Counted from the stretch's first letter, positions 44,328 through 54,741 are shown. The stretch is 64,000 nt of DNA from Dehalococcoidia bacterium (GCA_050011565.1 JBEKIW010000001.1:192001-256000), one strand, 5' to 3'. Numbers and translations are program-made. The notes: a model not told the origin generated them from the sequence alone.

Positions 44328-44912
44328 ATGATAGTTGCTTTAGAAGGTATACTCGAAAGCCGCGGCATCGATTCAGCGGTGGTTAAAGTCGGCCCGCTCA
44401 GCCTCCTGGTATCTGTCCCCGGCTCCACTCTTGCTCGGATTGGCACTGTCGGCGATAAGGTCCGTCTCCATACCCATCTATATGTCAGGGAAGATATTAT
44501 CGCTCTGTACGGCTTCGCATCTGCCGACGAGCTGGCGCTTTTCCAGAACTTCATCTCCGTTTCCGGTATCGGCCCCAAAGCAGCACTGGCATTTCTTTCC
44601 ACCTTAAACGTCGAGCAGCTGGCTTCGGCCATCGTCGGCGGCAACGTCGACTTGCTGACTCAGGTACCCGGCATCGGCAAGAAAATGGCCGGGCGGGTGG
44701 TACTTGAATTGAAAGGCAAGCTGGAGAAGGGATGGGCGGGTGCGGTAACGCCGGCCTTGACGCCCGAAGATGCCGATGTCGTGGCGGCTCTGACCACACT
44801 CGGTTATTCACTGAAGGAAGCTACACAGGCTGTTGCCGGTTTGCCCAATGCTGAAGAGCTTGACCTGGAGGAAAAGGTCAGGCTGGCCTTGAGGCAGCTA
44901 GCCACGAAGTAG
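44328..44912 (+). CDS. ruvA: Holliday junction branch migration protein
   Basis: VRED..LYGF, VSGIGPK, VPGIGKK, LELKGK. Confidence 0.95.
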   Translation: MIVALEGILESRGIDSAVVKVGPLSLLVSVPGSTLARIGTVGDKVRLHTHLYVREDIIALYGFASADELALFQNFISVSGIGPKAALAFLSTLNVEQLASAIVGGNVDLLTQVPGIGKKMAGRVVLELKGKLEKGWAGAVTPALTPEDADVVAALTTLGYSLKEATQAVAGLPNAEELDLEEKVRLALRQLATK

Positions 44913-44924
44913 TCACGAGTAAAT

Positions 44925-45803
44925 ATGCTTATTGAAATCCTGCTTGTTTTTGTCTTGCTGCTTTTGGGCGTGTTGATTTTCCTCGTCATCCGTAGCCGGC
45001 GAGTGGAACCGACCGACCTCAAGAACGCCATATCCAGCACCTGGACTGAGCTGGGGCTGGGCGAAAAGATAGGCAGCATAGAGACTCAGGCCAGAGACAT
45101 CAAAGACAGCTACAGGTCATTCGAGCAAATGCTCCGAGTGCCCAAAGAGAGGGCGTCATTCGGCGAACTGGCGCTGGAGACAATATTGGCTGACCAGCTT
45201 CCGCCGGATATGTACGGTATCAGGGAGACGATTTTCGACGGCAAGCGACCCGACGCTCATATAAAGTCGACCGAAGGCCTGGTCTGCATAGATTCCAAGT
45301 TTTCGCTGGACAATTACGGCAGGATGCTGTCCACGGAAGACCCGGCTGAGAAGCAGAGGTTAAAGAAGGATTTTATCGCCGATGTCAGGCGCTGCCTGGA
45401 CAAGATAGCCGATGACTACGTATGTCCCGACAAAGGGTCTGCCGAGTTTGCCTTCGCCTACATTCCGTCGGAGAGCGTCTATTACTACCTGCTGACCGAG
45501 GCCTATGACATGCTGATGGAGTACGGTAGAGGAGGCGTCCAGGTAGTATCGCCGCTGACCCTTTCCGCCAAAATCGAATTAATCAGAGCCGGCGTTCAGG
45601 CCAAGAAGCTTTCGGAACAGGCTGAAGATGTTAAAAACGACCTGCTCCGGATTTCACGCGGCTTCAATGAAATTGATGATAAGTGGCGCTTGCTCTATGA
45701 GACGCATCTCAAGAATGCCGTCGATAGAGCCGCCGATTTAGATAAATCCTACAAGAAGCTGCGGGACGAGTTCGACCGCATTTCAAAGATACCGCAGAAG
45801 TAG
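44925..45803 (+). CDS. rmuC: DNA recombination protein RmuC family
   Basis: N-terminal TM, FGELALE, RPDA..IDSKF, YIPSESVY, SPLTL. Confidence 0.85.
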   Translation: MLIEILLVFVLLLLGVLIFLVIRSRRVEPTDLKNAISSTWTELGLGEKIGSIETQARDIKDSYRSFEQMLRVPKERASFGELALETILADQLPPDMYGIRETIFDGKRPDAHIKSTEGLVCIDSKFSLDNYGRMLSTEDPAEKQRLKKDFIADVRRCLDKIADDYVCPDKGSAEFAFAYIPSESVYYYLLTEAYDMLMEYGRGGVQVVSPLTLSAKIELIRAGVQAKKLSEQAEDVKNDLLRISRGFNEIDDKWRLLYETHLKNAVDRAADLDKSYKKLRDEFDRISKIPQK

Positions 45804-45896
45804 AGGGGCTTTCGCCTCCGTGCTATTACCATGTTTTATTCTCTTGTCTACATTGGTTGTATAATTAAGCATTATCCTGCCCCGTTGTAAGTTGCC

Positions 45897-45990
45897 CCCT
45901 CTCCCTTGGGATGAAGGGTGGGCAGGCATCCAATGAGGATTTATTCCCATTGGGATACGGGGAAAGGGATAGGGCTGGAGAGTGGGTGAA
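45897..45990. repeat. Composite REP-like element (copy 1; copy 2 at 50402-50496)
   Basis: 51-bp core (45913-45963) matches 50418-50468 with one mismatch, inside CCCTCTCCC...GGGA(A/G)AGGG arms. Confidence 0.8.
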
Positions 45991-46103
45991 ATAAAAAATT
46001 ACATTATTAAGCGGGAGTTTAAGAGGGGCGCAGCCCCTCTTGGATAACCCCAATTCCCTCCCCCTCAAGGGGGAGGGCCAGCGTAGGGGTGAAAATAAAC
46101 TTA

Positions 46104-48095
46104 ATGGAATTCAAAATAAACTCAGATTTCAGGCTCACCGGCGACCAGCCGCAAGCCGTAGACAAGCTTGTCGAAGGCCTTAACCTGGGCTACAAACAGC
46201 AGACATTGCTCGGTGTCACCGGCAGCGGCAAGACCTTCACCATGGCTAATGTAGCGGAAAGAGTCCAGAAGCCCACACTGGTCATCTGCCACAATAAGAC
46301 TTTAGCCGCCCAGCTAGCCACCGAATTTAAAGAATACTTCCCCGACAACGCCGTGGAGTATTTCGTCAGCTACTATGATTATTACCAGCCGGAAGCCTAT
46401 CTTCCCAGCACCGACACCTACATCGAGAAAGAAATAGATATAAACGAGGAAATTGATAAGATGCGCCATGCCGCCACCAGGTCTTTGCTTGAACGCCGGG
46501 ATGTGCTAATCGTAGCTTCGGTATCCTGCATTTACAGCCTGGGCGAGCCTGAGGAATACCGCAGCTTCGTAGCTACTATTAAGAGGGGCGAAAAATTAAA
46601 TCGCGGTAAGTTGCTCCGCCGGCTGGTGGACATGCAATATGAAAGAAACGACTTCGATTTCACCCGCGGCCGGTTTCGCATCCGCGGCGACACGCTGGAA
46701 ATACAGCCGGCGTATGAGGAAATAGCAATCCGGATTGAGTTCTTTGGCGATGAGGTGGAGCGCATCGTTGACGTCGACCCGCTTACCGGCGAGCTGCTGA
46801 CCGAGCGTGATACGGTGGACATTTACCCTGCCAAGCACTTCGTCACTTCACATGACAAGCTTTTGCTGGCTGTCGAGGATATCAAGGTTGAGCTGGAACA
46901 GAGGCTGCGGGAGCTTAAAGACCAGGGCAAGCTGGTCGAAGCTGCCAGGCTCGAGGCGCGAACCAACTACGACCTTGAGATGCTCCGCGAGGTAGGCTAC
47001 TGCCATGCCGTGGAGAACTATTCCCGCCATCTGCAGCGTCGGGCACCGGGCAGCGCTCCGTGGACGTTGCTCGACTATTTCCCCGATGACTTCCTGCTGT
47101 TTATCGATGAGTCTCACATGTCCCTGCCGCAAATTCGTGGCATGTATCATGGTGACCTCTCCCGAAAACGGACGCTGGTCGATTACGGCTTTCGCCTGCC
47201 GTCGGCGCTGGACAACCGTCCGCTTAACTTCGATGAGTTCAACCAGCGACTCAACCAGGTCGTCTACGTCTCGGCTACCCCGAGCGAGTATGAATTCAGC
47301 CACAGCCAGCAGGTGGCGGAGCAATTGGTCCGTCCCACCGGTCTGCTCGAGCCGACGATTGAGATCAAGCCCAGCAAAGGGCAAATCGACGACCTGATTT
47401 ACCAGATTAAGACCAGGGTGGACAAAGGTGAGCGCTGCCTGGTGACCACGCTGACCAAGCGCATGGCTGAGCAGTTGGACGATTACCTGAAAGAGATGGA
47501 AATCAGGACGCATTATCTGCACTCCGAGATTGACACGCTGGAGCGGGTTGAGATTCTGCGCGACCTCCGCCTCGGCGTTTACGATGTGGTGGTCGGCATA
47601 AACCTGCTCCGCGAGGGTTTGGACTTGCCCGAGGTGAGCCTGGTAGCCATTCTGGATGCCGACAAGGAAGGCTACTTAAGGTCGAAGCAGGCGCTCATCC
47701 AGACGATGGGACGGGCAGCCCGTCATCTTGACGGCCATGTCATCATGTATGCCGATACCGTGACCGGAGCTATGCATGAAGCCATAGAGGAGACTAAGCG
47801 CCGTCGCAATATTCAGGAAGCTTACAACAAAGAGCACGGCATAACACCACAGGGGATAAAGAAAGCGATTAAGGACATCACCGAGCGGGTCAAGGTGGTG
47901 GCTGAAGCCAGAGCCGCCTATTCGCCTACCCCCATATCCAAAGAAGAGGTCCTCCGTCTCATCAAAGACCTGGAAGCGCAGATGCGAAAAGCCGCCAAGA
48001 ACCTGGAGTTCGAAAAAGCCGCCTTACTCCGCGACCGCATCATCGAGCTGCGGAAGGACGAGGAGCTGTTATCTCCGCTGACCAGGTTCAGCTAG
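46104..48095 (+). CDS. uvrB: Excinuclease ABC subunit B
   Basis: [39 protein letters not shown]-terminal [13 protein letters not shown]. Confidence 0.97.
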   Translation: MEFKINSDFRLTGDQPQAVDKLVEGLNLGYKQQTLLGVTGSGKTFTMANVAERVQKPTLVICHNKTLAAQLATEFKEYFPDNAVEYFVSYYDYYQPEAYLPSTDTYIEKEIDINEEIDKMRHAATRSLLERRDVLIVASVSCIYSLGEPEEYRSFVATIKRGEKLNRGKLLRRLVDMQYERNDFDFTRGRFRIRGDTLEIQPAYEEIAIRIEFFGDEVERIVDVDPLTGELLTERDTVDIYPAKHFVTSHDKLLLAVEDIKVELEQRLRELKDQGKLVEAARLEARTNYDLEMLREVGYCHAVENYSRHLQRRAPGSAPWTLLDYFPDDFLLFIDESHMSLPQIRGMYHGDLSRKRTLVDYGFRLPSALDNRPLNFDEFNQRLNQVVYVSATPSEYEFSHSQQVAEQLVRPTGLLEPTIEIKPSKGQIDDLIYQIKTRVDKGERCLVTTLTKRMAEQLDDYLKEMEIRTHYLHSEIDTLERVEILRDLRLGVYDVVVGINLLREGLDLPEVSLVAILDADKEGYLRSKQALIQTMGRAARHLDGHVIMYADTVTGAMHEAIEETKRRRNIQEAYNKEHGITPQGIKKAIKDITERVKVVAEARAAYSPTPISKEEVLRLIKDLEAQMRKAAKNLEFEKAALLRDRIIELRKDEELLSPLTRFS

Positions 48096-48145
48096 CAGTT
48101 TCATCCATGCAGGACAAATAAAGAACAAAACAAAAGGAGGTATAT

Positions 48146-49951
48146 ATGGCCGGTGGTTATATGGGAAAGGTTTTATTTGTAAATCTGTCTACAGGCGCGA
48201 TTGAGATAGAGGCACTTGACGAAAAAACTTGCCGCGATTTCATCGGTGGCTATGGCTTGGGGGCAAGAATACTATACAGCCGTCAAAAGGCAAAAGTGGC
48301 CGCCTTATCCGGAGAGAATATTCTCGGATTTCTCACCGGCCCTCTCACCGGTACCCCGGCTCCTACCGGAGCACGGTATGTCGTGGTGGGAAAATCACCT
48401 TTAACCGGCACCTGGGGGGATGCCAACTCGGGAGGTGAATTCGGCCCTTACCTTAAATTCGCCGGCTATGACGGCGTCTTTTTTACCGGCATTTCGGACC
48501 GACCGGTCTATCTCTTAATCGATAACGGCAAAGCTGAATTAAAAGACGCCGCTCACCTGTGGGGTAAAGACACCTATGAAACGGAGAGCATATTGGAGGA
48601 CGAACACGGCAGTGAAAGTCGTGTCTCCTGCATCGGCCCCTCCGGCGAAAAGCTGTCGCTCATCTCATGTATTATAAACCAGCGAGGATGTGCTGCCGGA
48701 CGCTCCGGTTTAGGGGCTGTCATGGGCTCCAAAAGGCTCAAGGCAGTTGTAGCCCGGGGAAACCAAACCGTCGCTTTAGCCGACAAACAGGCCGTTGACA
48801 ACTTACGAAAAAAGTATATGGCAGCGTTAAACGATACAAAGTCCGGGGGGCACTCATACCGTGAGTCGTTCCACAAGTACGGTACGGCCAGCCATGCCGC
48901 CATTTCGGCCCAAAACGGAGATTCGCCGGTTAAAAACTGGGCTGGTATCGGTGTGGTCGATTTCCCGGATGTCTCCGGGCTCGAGCCTGATGCAGTGATA
49001 GCCAACCTTGATAAACATATAGGTTGCTGGCACTGCCCCATCGCCTGCGAGGCAAGCTTGAAGGAGGGGACCGGCGAGTACAGGTACGTTGCCGGTACAC
49101 GCCGGCCTGAATACGAGACACTGGCTTCCTTCGGTGCCATGTGTCTTAACAATAACACTGAATCCATTGCCATGGCTAACTACATTTGCAATCGATATGG
49201 AATAGACACTATCTCTGCCGGTTGTACTATTGCCTTTGCCATCGAATGTTACGAGAATGGGCTCATTACCAGGAAGGATACCGGAGGTATCGAGCTTACC
49301 TGGGGCAACCACCGGGCTATCGTTAGCATGACGGAAAAACTTGCCGGGAGAGAAGGCTTTGGTGACGTTCTCGCTGACGGAGTCAAACTGGCTGCGGAGA
49401 GAATCGGCAGGGGCGCTGAGAAGTATGCGGTGCATATCGGAGGACAGGAGCTGGGGATGCACGACCCGAAGCTCATACCGCCTATGGTGGGCAACGTTGA
49501 ATCGGCTTCGGCACGATATCAGATGGACGCCACCCCCGGCCGTCACACGCAGGGCTTCGGCCCCAGTAGTTTTGGGGCTCACGTTCTCAGTTCGGCCGGG
49601 CTTTGCTATTTCGGTAATATGTGGATGCAACTGAAAGACTTCATGAATGCGGTAACCGGCTGGGGCTATTCCAGGGATGAATTAAATAAAGCCGGTGACA
49701 GGATAGCCACCCTGAGGCACGCCTTCAACCTTCGGGAAGGTGTAAACCCTCTCAAATGGACGGTGCACCCCAGGATAACGGGTGAACCTCCTTTTGAGTC
49801 TGGTCCACTGGCTGGCGTAACCGCCGATATTACAGGTCAGATTTACCGGAATCTTGGTGCTTTGGACTGGGACCGCGTCACAACCAAGCCGGGCAAAAAG
49901 AAGCTGCTGTCTCTGGGCCTTAATGACGTGGCCAAAGACCTGTGGCCATAG
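48146..49951 (+). CDS. Aldehyde:ferredoxin oxidoreductase (W/Mo-pterin AOR family)
   Basis: GYMGKVLFVNLS, KSPLTG, AGRSGLGAVMGSKRLKA, CWHCPIAC, PEYET, CNRYGIDTIS. Confidence 0.92.
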   Translation: MAGGYMGKVLFVNLSTGAIEIEALDEKTCRDFIGGYGLGARILYSRQKAKVAALSGENILGFLTGPLTGTPAPTGARYVVVGKSPLTGTWGDANSGGEFGPYLKFAGYDGVFFTGISDRPVYLLIDNGKAELKDAAHLWGKDTYETESILEDEHGSESRVSCIGPSGEKLSLISCIINQRGCAAGRSGLGAVMGSKRLKAVVARGNQTVALADKQAVDNLRKKYMAALNDTKSGGHSYRESFHKYGTASHAAISAQNGDSPVKNWAGIGVVDFPDVSGLEPDAVIANLDKHIGCWHCPIACEASLKEGTGEYRYVAGTRRPEYETLASFGAMCLNNNTESIAMANYICNRYGIDTISAGCTIAFAIECYENGLITRKDTGGIELTWGNHRAIVSMTEKLAGREGFGDVLADGVKLAAERIGRGAEKYAVHIGGQELGMHDPKLIPPMVGNVESASARYQMDATPGRHTQGFGPSSFGAHVLSSAGLCYFGNMWMQLKDFMNAVTGWGYSRDELNKAGDRIATLRHAFNLREGVNPLKWTVHPRITGEPPFESGPLAGVTADITGQIYRNLGALDWDRVTTKPGKKKLLSLGLNDVAKDLWP

Positions 49952-49996
49952 ATATTTATGCGTCGCATTAAAATAATATAGGGGGAAAGTAGAGCC

Positions 49997-50278
49997 TTGT
50001 TCAAGTGTGTTGTCGGACTGTTCGGGTTGCCGCACGGTATAACAGGCGAGCATAAGGTGGAAGTTGAACTAAAGGATGAGGCGAGGCTGACTGATGTTAT
50101 CGCAACTCTCCGGCGTGAAATCCCGAAACTGGAGGGGCCTGTTATCCGTGCCGGTGAAGATAAACTAACGGAGCATTACGCCTTTAATATAAACGGTCGT
50201 TTTTATATTGATGATAAGGAAATTCGAATCTGCAGTGGCGACAATGTAGGGCTACTCGCCCTGGCTGCCGGAGGGTGA
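49997..50278 (+). CDS. MoaD/ThiS family ubiquitin-like protein
   Basis: Beta-grasp size, ING motif, C-terminal AGG; follows AOR. Confidence 0.8.
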   Translation: MFKCVVGLFGLPHGITGEHKVEVELKDEARLTDVIATLRREIPKLEGPVIRAGEDKLTEHYAFNINGRFYIDDKEIRICSGDNVGLLALAAGG

Positions 50279-50284
50279 CTTTAA

Positions 50285-50386
50285 AACCTGGAGTTCCAAA
50301 AAGCCGCCCTGCTCCGTGACCGCATCATCGAGCTTCGCCGCGACGAGGAGATTCTGTCGCCGCTGACCAGGTTCAATAGAGAATAG
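50285..50386 (+). pseudogene. Second copy of the uvrB 3' end
   Basis: Translates [33 protein letters not shown] versus uvr[32 protein letters not shown] (48000-48095). Confidence 0.92.
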
Positions 50387-50732
50387 CCGCTCGGCTTTAC
50401 TCCCTCTCCCGCGGGCGGAAGGGTGGGCAGGCATCCAATGAGGATTTACTCCCATTGGGATACGGGGAGAGGGATAGGGTTGGGGTGAGGGTGGAACCTT
50501 ATCATTTTGGTCGAAAAACGCTCGGTCAAAAGAACTAGCCTATTTGTCTACGGGGGAAACTGTGCGAAGGTATATGCCTTATCGGAGTAAGCAGATATGC
50601 CCAAAATTAATTTTGTTGGTGTATAATCAGATAAAGATTTAAATTGAATAAATAAGTCAATCATATAGATTGTGGCATTTTCGACTAAAGATTATAAAGT
50701 CTAATTGAACATGCAACTTTAGGAAAAAACAT

Positions 50733-52226
50733 ATGTCAGAATGGACAAAGCCCGCTCTCGATGATATAGAGTTTGTTAAGGCCGTTAGCGCGATTCAGAA
50801 ACGTGCTGAGAAACAAACGGACTCTGACAGATTAATCGATATTTATGTGACTACAGACCTAGCCAATCGTGCTAGAACCACTAATTCACAGCTAGTTTTA
50901 GGCAGACGTGGCACAGGTAAGACGCATATGTTTCGCGTTTTGCAAGAAATGCTTGGAATGGAGGGAGAAGTTGCACTTTACATAGATTGTAGAATGTTAG
51001 GAAGTGCGATAACCGACTCAACAGGAAACCCCCAAGGGGTAGCTATTAAATATTTTAGAACTCTTCTTAATGAGATTAGCACACGATTATTTGATATGGC
51101 TAGACGTATGGAAGCACCAATAAAGGATTCACAACAAAAAGTTTTCGGTACCGTCTGGGGTTTGCTCCTACAGATAGAACCTAAATCCACAGAGAAATAT
51201 TATGAATCAACATTTAATTATAGGCAAATAACGGAATCAATGCAGACAATTATTTCCGGTTTGGATATACGTCATCTATTCATAATATTGGATGAGTGGT
51301 CACAAATTCCAGTATCAGCACAACCCTATGTTGCAGAATATCTTAAAAGGGCAATTATGACTATTCCAGAAATATGTATCAAATTATTGGCCTTAAGCTA
51401 TCAATGCGACCTATCTAAACAAATCAGTGAAGGAGTAATAGGCATCAAACTTGGAGCAGATATCCCGGATGTCTTGGATTTTGATTCGTATTTAATATAT
51501 GATGAAAAACCGATTTTTGTTTCAGAGTTCTTTTCTCAAGTTCTTTACAATCATCTCGGTGCCGAACTAAACTGGGATCTCAAGATAACCGGTCAAGAAA
51601 AGAGCAAAAGGATAATAGATATATTCACACAGAATAAAGCTTTCACTGAATTAGTGCGTGCAGCTGAAGGGAATTGTAGAGATTTCCTATGCATATTTGG
51701 TAATGCATATTGGGAAGGTTATCGTAAGCAAGAGGATGTAAAAGCCATAAGTATGTCACATGTTCGCGATGCCGCTGCTAGTTGGTTTGATAATGAAAAG
51801 TATGCAAACATACGAAATGACATACTCCCAAGTATGGCACTTATGTATATATTCAATAATCTTATCAAGGGATACAAATCTCGGACTTTCATGGTCGAAA
51901 CCTCGAAATCTAAACATGAGATTTTGACCAGGTTACTAAATGAACGTGTTTTACATAAATTACCAAGATTTGACTCGCATAAAGATAAACCTGGTGAAAG
52001 ATATGAACTATTTACGATTGATTATGGGGCATATGTAAGGTTCATAGGAACCGTTTACGAGCCGAACCAAGGAATGGTTAAAAATGGATATCAAGCTAAA
52101 ATGCATTTTGCAGATGAGGTGGTCACAGTGCAAGATGAAGAACAAGAATTCATGGTTCCTCACGATGATAGACGTAGCGTACGACGTATTGTATTTGATC
52201 CAGATGCGATTAAGATTCCAAAATGA
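50733..52226 (+). CDS. AT-rich orphan P-loop ATPase (STAND/ORC-CDC6-like)
   Basis: Walker A GRRGTGKT, Walker B FIILDEW, GNCRDF sensor-like motif, C-terminal IDYGAY; visibly lower GC than the flanks. Confidence 0.7.
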   Translation: MSEWTKPALDDIEFVKAVSAIQKRAEKQTDSDRLIDIYVTTDLANRARTTNSQLVLGRRGTGKTHMFRVLQEMLGMEGEVALYIDCRMLGSAITDSTGNPQGVAIKYFRTLLNEISTRLFDMARRMEAPIKDSQQKVFGTVWGLLLQIEPKSTEKYYESTFNYRQITESMQTIISGLDIRHLFIILDEWSQIPVSAQPYVAEYLKRAIMTIPEICIKLLALSYQCDLSKQISEGVIGIKLGADIPDVLDFDSYLIYDEKPIFVSEFFSQVLYNHLGAELNWDLKITGQEKSKRIIDIFTQNKAFTELVRAAEGNCRDFLCIFGNAYWEGYRKQEDVKAISMSHVRDAAASWFDNEKYANIRNDILPSMALMYIFNNLIKGYKSRTFMVETSKSKHEILTRLLNERVLHKLPRFDSHKDKPGERYELFTIDYGAYVRFIGTVYEPNQGMVKNGYQAKMHFADEVVTVQDEEQEFMVPHDDRRSVRRIVFDPDAIKIPK

Positions 52227-52235
52227 TTTTGCCAC

Positions 52236-52350
52236 TGCTTGAAGCGAGCAAAAATTAGAGTTTGAAAAAGTTACCCTTCCTCGGCAATCGCATTATTTAG
52301 CTGAACGAGACGCGGAGATTCTATTTTCGTTGAATATATTCCATCAGGAG
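52236..52350 (+). pseudogene. Third, degenerate copy of the uvrB 3' end
   Basis: Reads KLEFEKVTL/LGNRII*L/DAEILFSLNIFHQE with frameshifts; colinear with [32 protein letters not shown]. Confidence 0.65.
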
Positions 52351-52389
52351 TCATTTTTAATAAGCATTCTAACAACTATAGAACAGAAT

Positions 52390-53079
52390 TCAAAGGTTAC
52401 TTAGAAACGCTTCGATTGCCCGATTCGCTTCCACTGGTTTTTCCAGGAGGCAGTGATGCGTGGCGCCCTCGATAATCACCAGTTTGGCCCCTGCGATTTG
52501 ATTGACCAGATATTGAGAATACTTTAGAGGCGTCATATCGTCCTCGGTGCCGCAAATAACCAGCGTTGGAACCGCGATGTGCCTTACCTTATCCATTACA
52601 TCGAACTTATCACAGCACCGAAAATCATTGAGCTGCACGGCGGCACCTACTTTAGCCATTCCATTAACTATTTTCTTCGCTACATCAGGAGCCACCCGAC
52701 TATATGGAGGTTCAGCTACTTTTTTGAGCCACTGAGCCGGGGCATTGATACTATCTTCTAGTTTCTTCAGCAAGTCAGGCCGTACCCTCAGCCGTGCACC
52801 GGTATTGATTAATATTAGTGCTTTAACATCTTCCGGATAACTCAGCGCATACATCAGAGCTATGGCACCGCCCAGGGAATGCCCGGCAATGACAGGCGGT
52901 GAATGATCTCCTCGTCTGAAATATCCATGTAGCCACTGCGCATACTCGTCTATGCTGGTGCATGGCTTGCCTTCAGGATGCCCCGGAAGATTGATAGCTT
53001 CAGAACCGGTGAAGTATTTTGTCTGGTAATGCCATTCCAAACTGGTGTTGCCAGCGCCGTGAATGAAGATTAACCTCAT
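52390..53079 (-). CDS. Alpha/beta hydrolase
   Basis: FIHGAG, LPGH, GHSLGG, G.ED.MTP, ATH; start reset to ATG 53079 because the upstream extension is REP DNA. Confidence 0.9.
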   Translation of the reverse strand: MRLIFIHGAGNTSLEWHYQTKYFTGSEAINLPGHPEGKPCTSIDEYAQWLHGYFRRGDHSPPVIAGHSLGGAIALMYALSYPEDVKALILINTGARLRVRPDLLKKLEDSINAPAQWLKKVAEPPYSRVAPDVAKKIVNGMAKVGAAVQLNDFRCCDKFDVMDKVRHIAVPTLVICGTEDDMTPLKYSQYLVNQIAGAKLVIIEGATHHCLLEKPVEANRAIEAFLSNL

Positions 53080-53089
53080 ATTTTTTCCC

Positions 53090-53295
53090 AAGAGGGGTTT
53101 CACCCCTCTTAAACTCCCCCGCAAAAGGATAGCATGGTAAAAATCCCTCTCAATCTCCCTTTTGCTAAGGGAGAGGTTTCCCCCTCCCTCTAACTCCCTC
53201 CCGCCAGGGGAGGGAGAATAAAAGGAAACCCTTCGACAAGCTCAGGGTGAGCGGAAAAATCCCTCTCAATCTCCCTTTAGGAAAGGGAGAGGTTT
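53090..53295. repeat. Cluster of REP-like palindromic repeats
   Basis: AAGAGGGG..CCCCTCTT, two AAATCCCTCTCAATCTCCCTTT..AAGGGAGA, CTCCCTCCC..GGGAGGGAG and CTTCGACAAGCTCAG units; relatives at 7282, 10835, 13731, 46021, 54575-54690 and 63188-63251. Confidence 0.8.
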
Positions 53296-53450
53296 TTGCA
53301 GTAGTTTCGGGCTGCTATATGACGAATAATTATACCACTTGTTAAGCGGTCCCATAAATAAGCCCGCACGACTGGCTTATGATATAATATTCTGCTTAAT
53401 AAGGCATCGCCTTTTCTGCAAAAATAATAAAAATACGGAGTGGAGCTTCT

Positions 53451-54563
53451 ATGATTAAATCAAGATTGTGCGACCTGGTCGGGATCAAATACCCCATTAT
53501 TCAGGCCGGAATGGGCCCCTTCAGCAACAACAATCTTTGTGTTGCTGCAGCGAATGCAGGCGTCCTGGGACTGCTTTCTACAAGCGGAGTTTTTAATAAA
53601 GATACTCAGCCATGGATTTACAAGGACTTCGTTCAAACCGCGGAGGCTAACTACGATGACGATATGGCGACAGTCCTGGAAAAGGTGCTTAAACGGACAT
53701 ACAGGCTGGTCAAAGATAAAGGCGGTATTTTCGGCATCAACGTGATGGTTTCAGCGGAAGTTCTCCCGAATTCGCAGGTCATGGTTGACACGGCCATCAG
53801 GGTCCGCGAAGAGAACCCTGATATGAAAAAGCATTTCAAAGTGATCTTTACATCCGCCGGCGACCCTCTTGGCTGGAAAGACAAGATAAAGGGAGCAGGA
53901 TTTACATGGATGCACGTCGTTCCGTCTGTTAAGGGAGCTTTGCGCTGTAAGAAAGCTGGCGTCGACGTAATAGTAGCCTCCGGCCATGAAGGCGGTTTCC
54001 ATACCTCGTGGGAACCGGTGCACTCGATGATTTTGCTTCCGGCTGTGGTGGAGACGGTGTCCGACAATGAGACTCTGGTTGCCGGCGCCGGCGGGTTCTG
54101 CGATGGCAAGACACTGGCGGCGGCACTGGTTATGGGCGCAGACGGTGTGCAGATGGGGACGCGCTTTCTGGCAACACAGGAGAGTGATTTTCATCAGATC
54201 TGGAAGGAGGGGGTTGTTGAATCAGGCGACAGGGCAACCCTTGTGGCGCGCGGCTTTGTGGGACCTGCCCGGTGGTTGAAAACACCCCGCAGCCAGGAAC
54301 ATGCCAAAAATACTCTACAAAAATCACCCGGCGTTTTCCTCGGCACTCCCGATGATTATGCGACGATCGATATGTCTTTGATTGAGTTTGAAATAGAATC
54401 AATAAAAGCCGCCTTCGAAGGAAATAAGGAAAAGGCGCTCCTGGCTGCCGGTGAAGCGGCTCAGCGGATTAAAGACATGCCAAAAGTTAATGACATGGTG
54501 CAGGAAATCGTCAGGGAAGCGGAAGCCATTCTGAGGGACATTCCGAAGAAGCTTCTGGCATAA
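53451..54563 (+). CDS. Nitronate monooxygenase / FabK-like flavoprotein
   Basis: YPIIQAGM, G.EGGFH, GAGGFCDG, ADGVQMGTRFLATQES. Confidence 0.88.
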   Translation: MIKSRLCDLVGIKYPIIQAGMGPFSNNNLCVAAANAGVLGLLSTSGVFNKDTQPWIYKDFVQTAEANYDDDMATVLEKVLKRTYRLVKDKGGIFGINVMVSAEVLPNSQVMVDTAIRVREENPDMKKHFKVIFTSAGDPLGWKDKIKGAGFTWMHVVPSVKGALRCKKAGVDVIVASGHEGGFHTSWEPVHSMILLPAVVETVSDNETLVAGAGGFCDGKTLAAALVMGADGVQMGTRFLATQESDFHQIWKEGVVESGDRATLVARGFVGPARWLKTPRSQEHAKNTLQKSPGVFLGTPDDYATIDMSLIEFEIESIKAAFEGNKEKALLAAGEAAQRIKDMPKVNDMVQEIVREAEAILRDIPKKLLA

Positions 54564-54700
54564 TCTATTCACCCACTCCCCAGCCCTCTCCCTCAAGGGA
54601 GAGGGGGACTAATGGAGATATAAAATCCCTCTCAATCTCCCTTTACGAAAGGGAGAAGTTTCATTCTTCGACAAGCTCAGAATGAGCGGTAACAAAGGCG

Positions 54701-54741
54701 AAAAGAAAGAGCCGGCACCTGTTACAGAACAAGTGCCGGCT
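54701..54741 (-). terminator. Intrinsic terminator closing the FHA locus
   Basis: AGCCGGCACTTGTT-CTGT-AACAGGTGCCGGCT followed by CTTTCTTTT on minus. Confidence 0.75.

Noticed and set aside
43071-45803. ruvB missing from yebC-ruvC-ruvA
   Set aside because: ruvB is often encoded elsewhere; absence cannot be judged from one window.
53090-54690. Repeated palindromes as a possible CRISPR array
   Set aside because: No regular repeat-spacer period, mixed repeat types and no cas genes.
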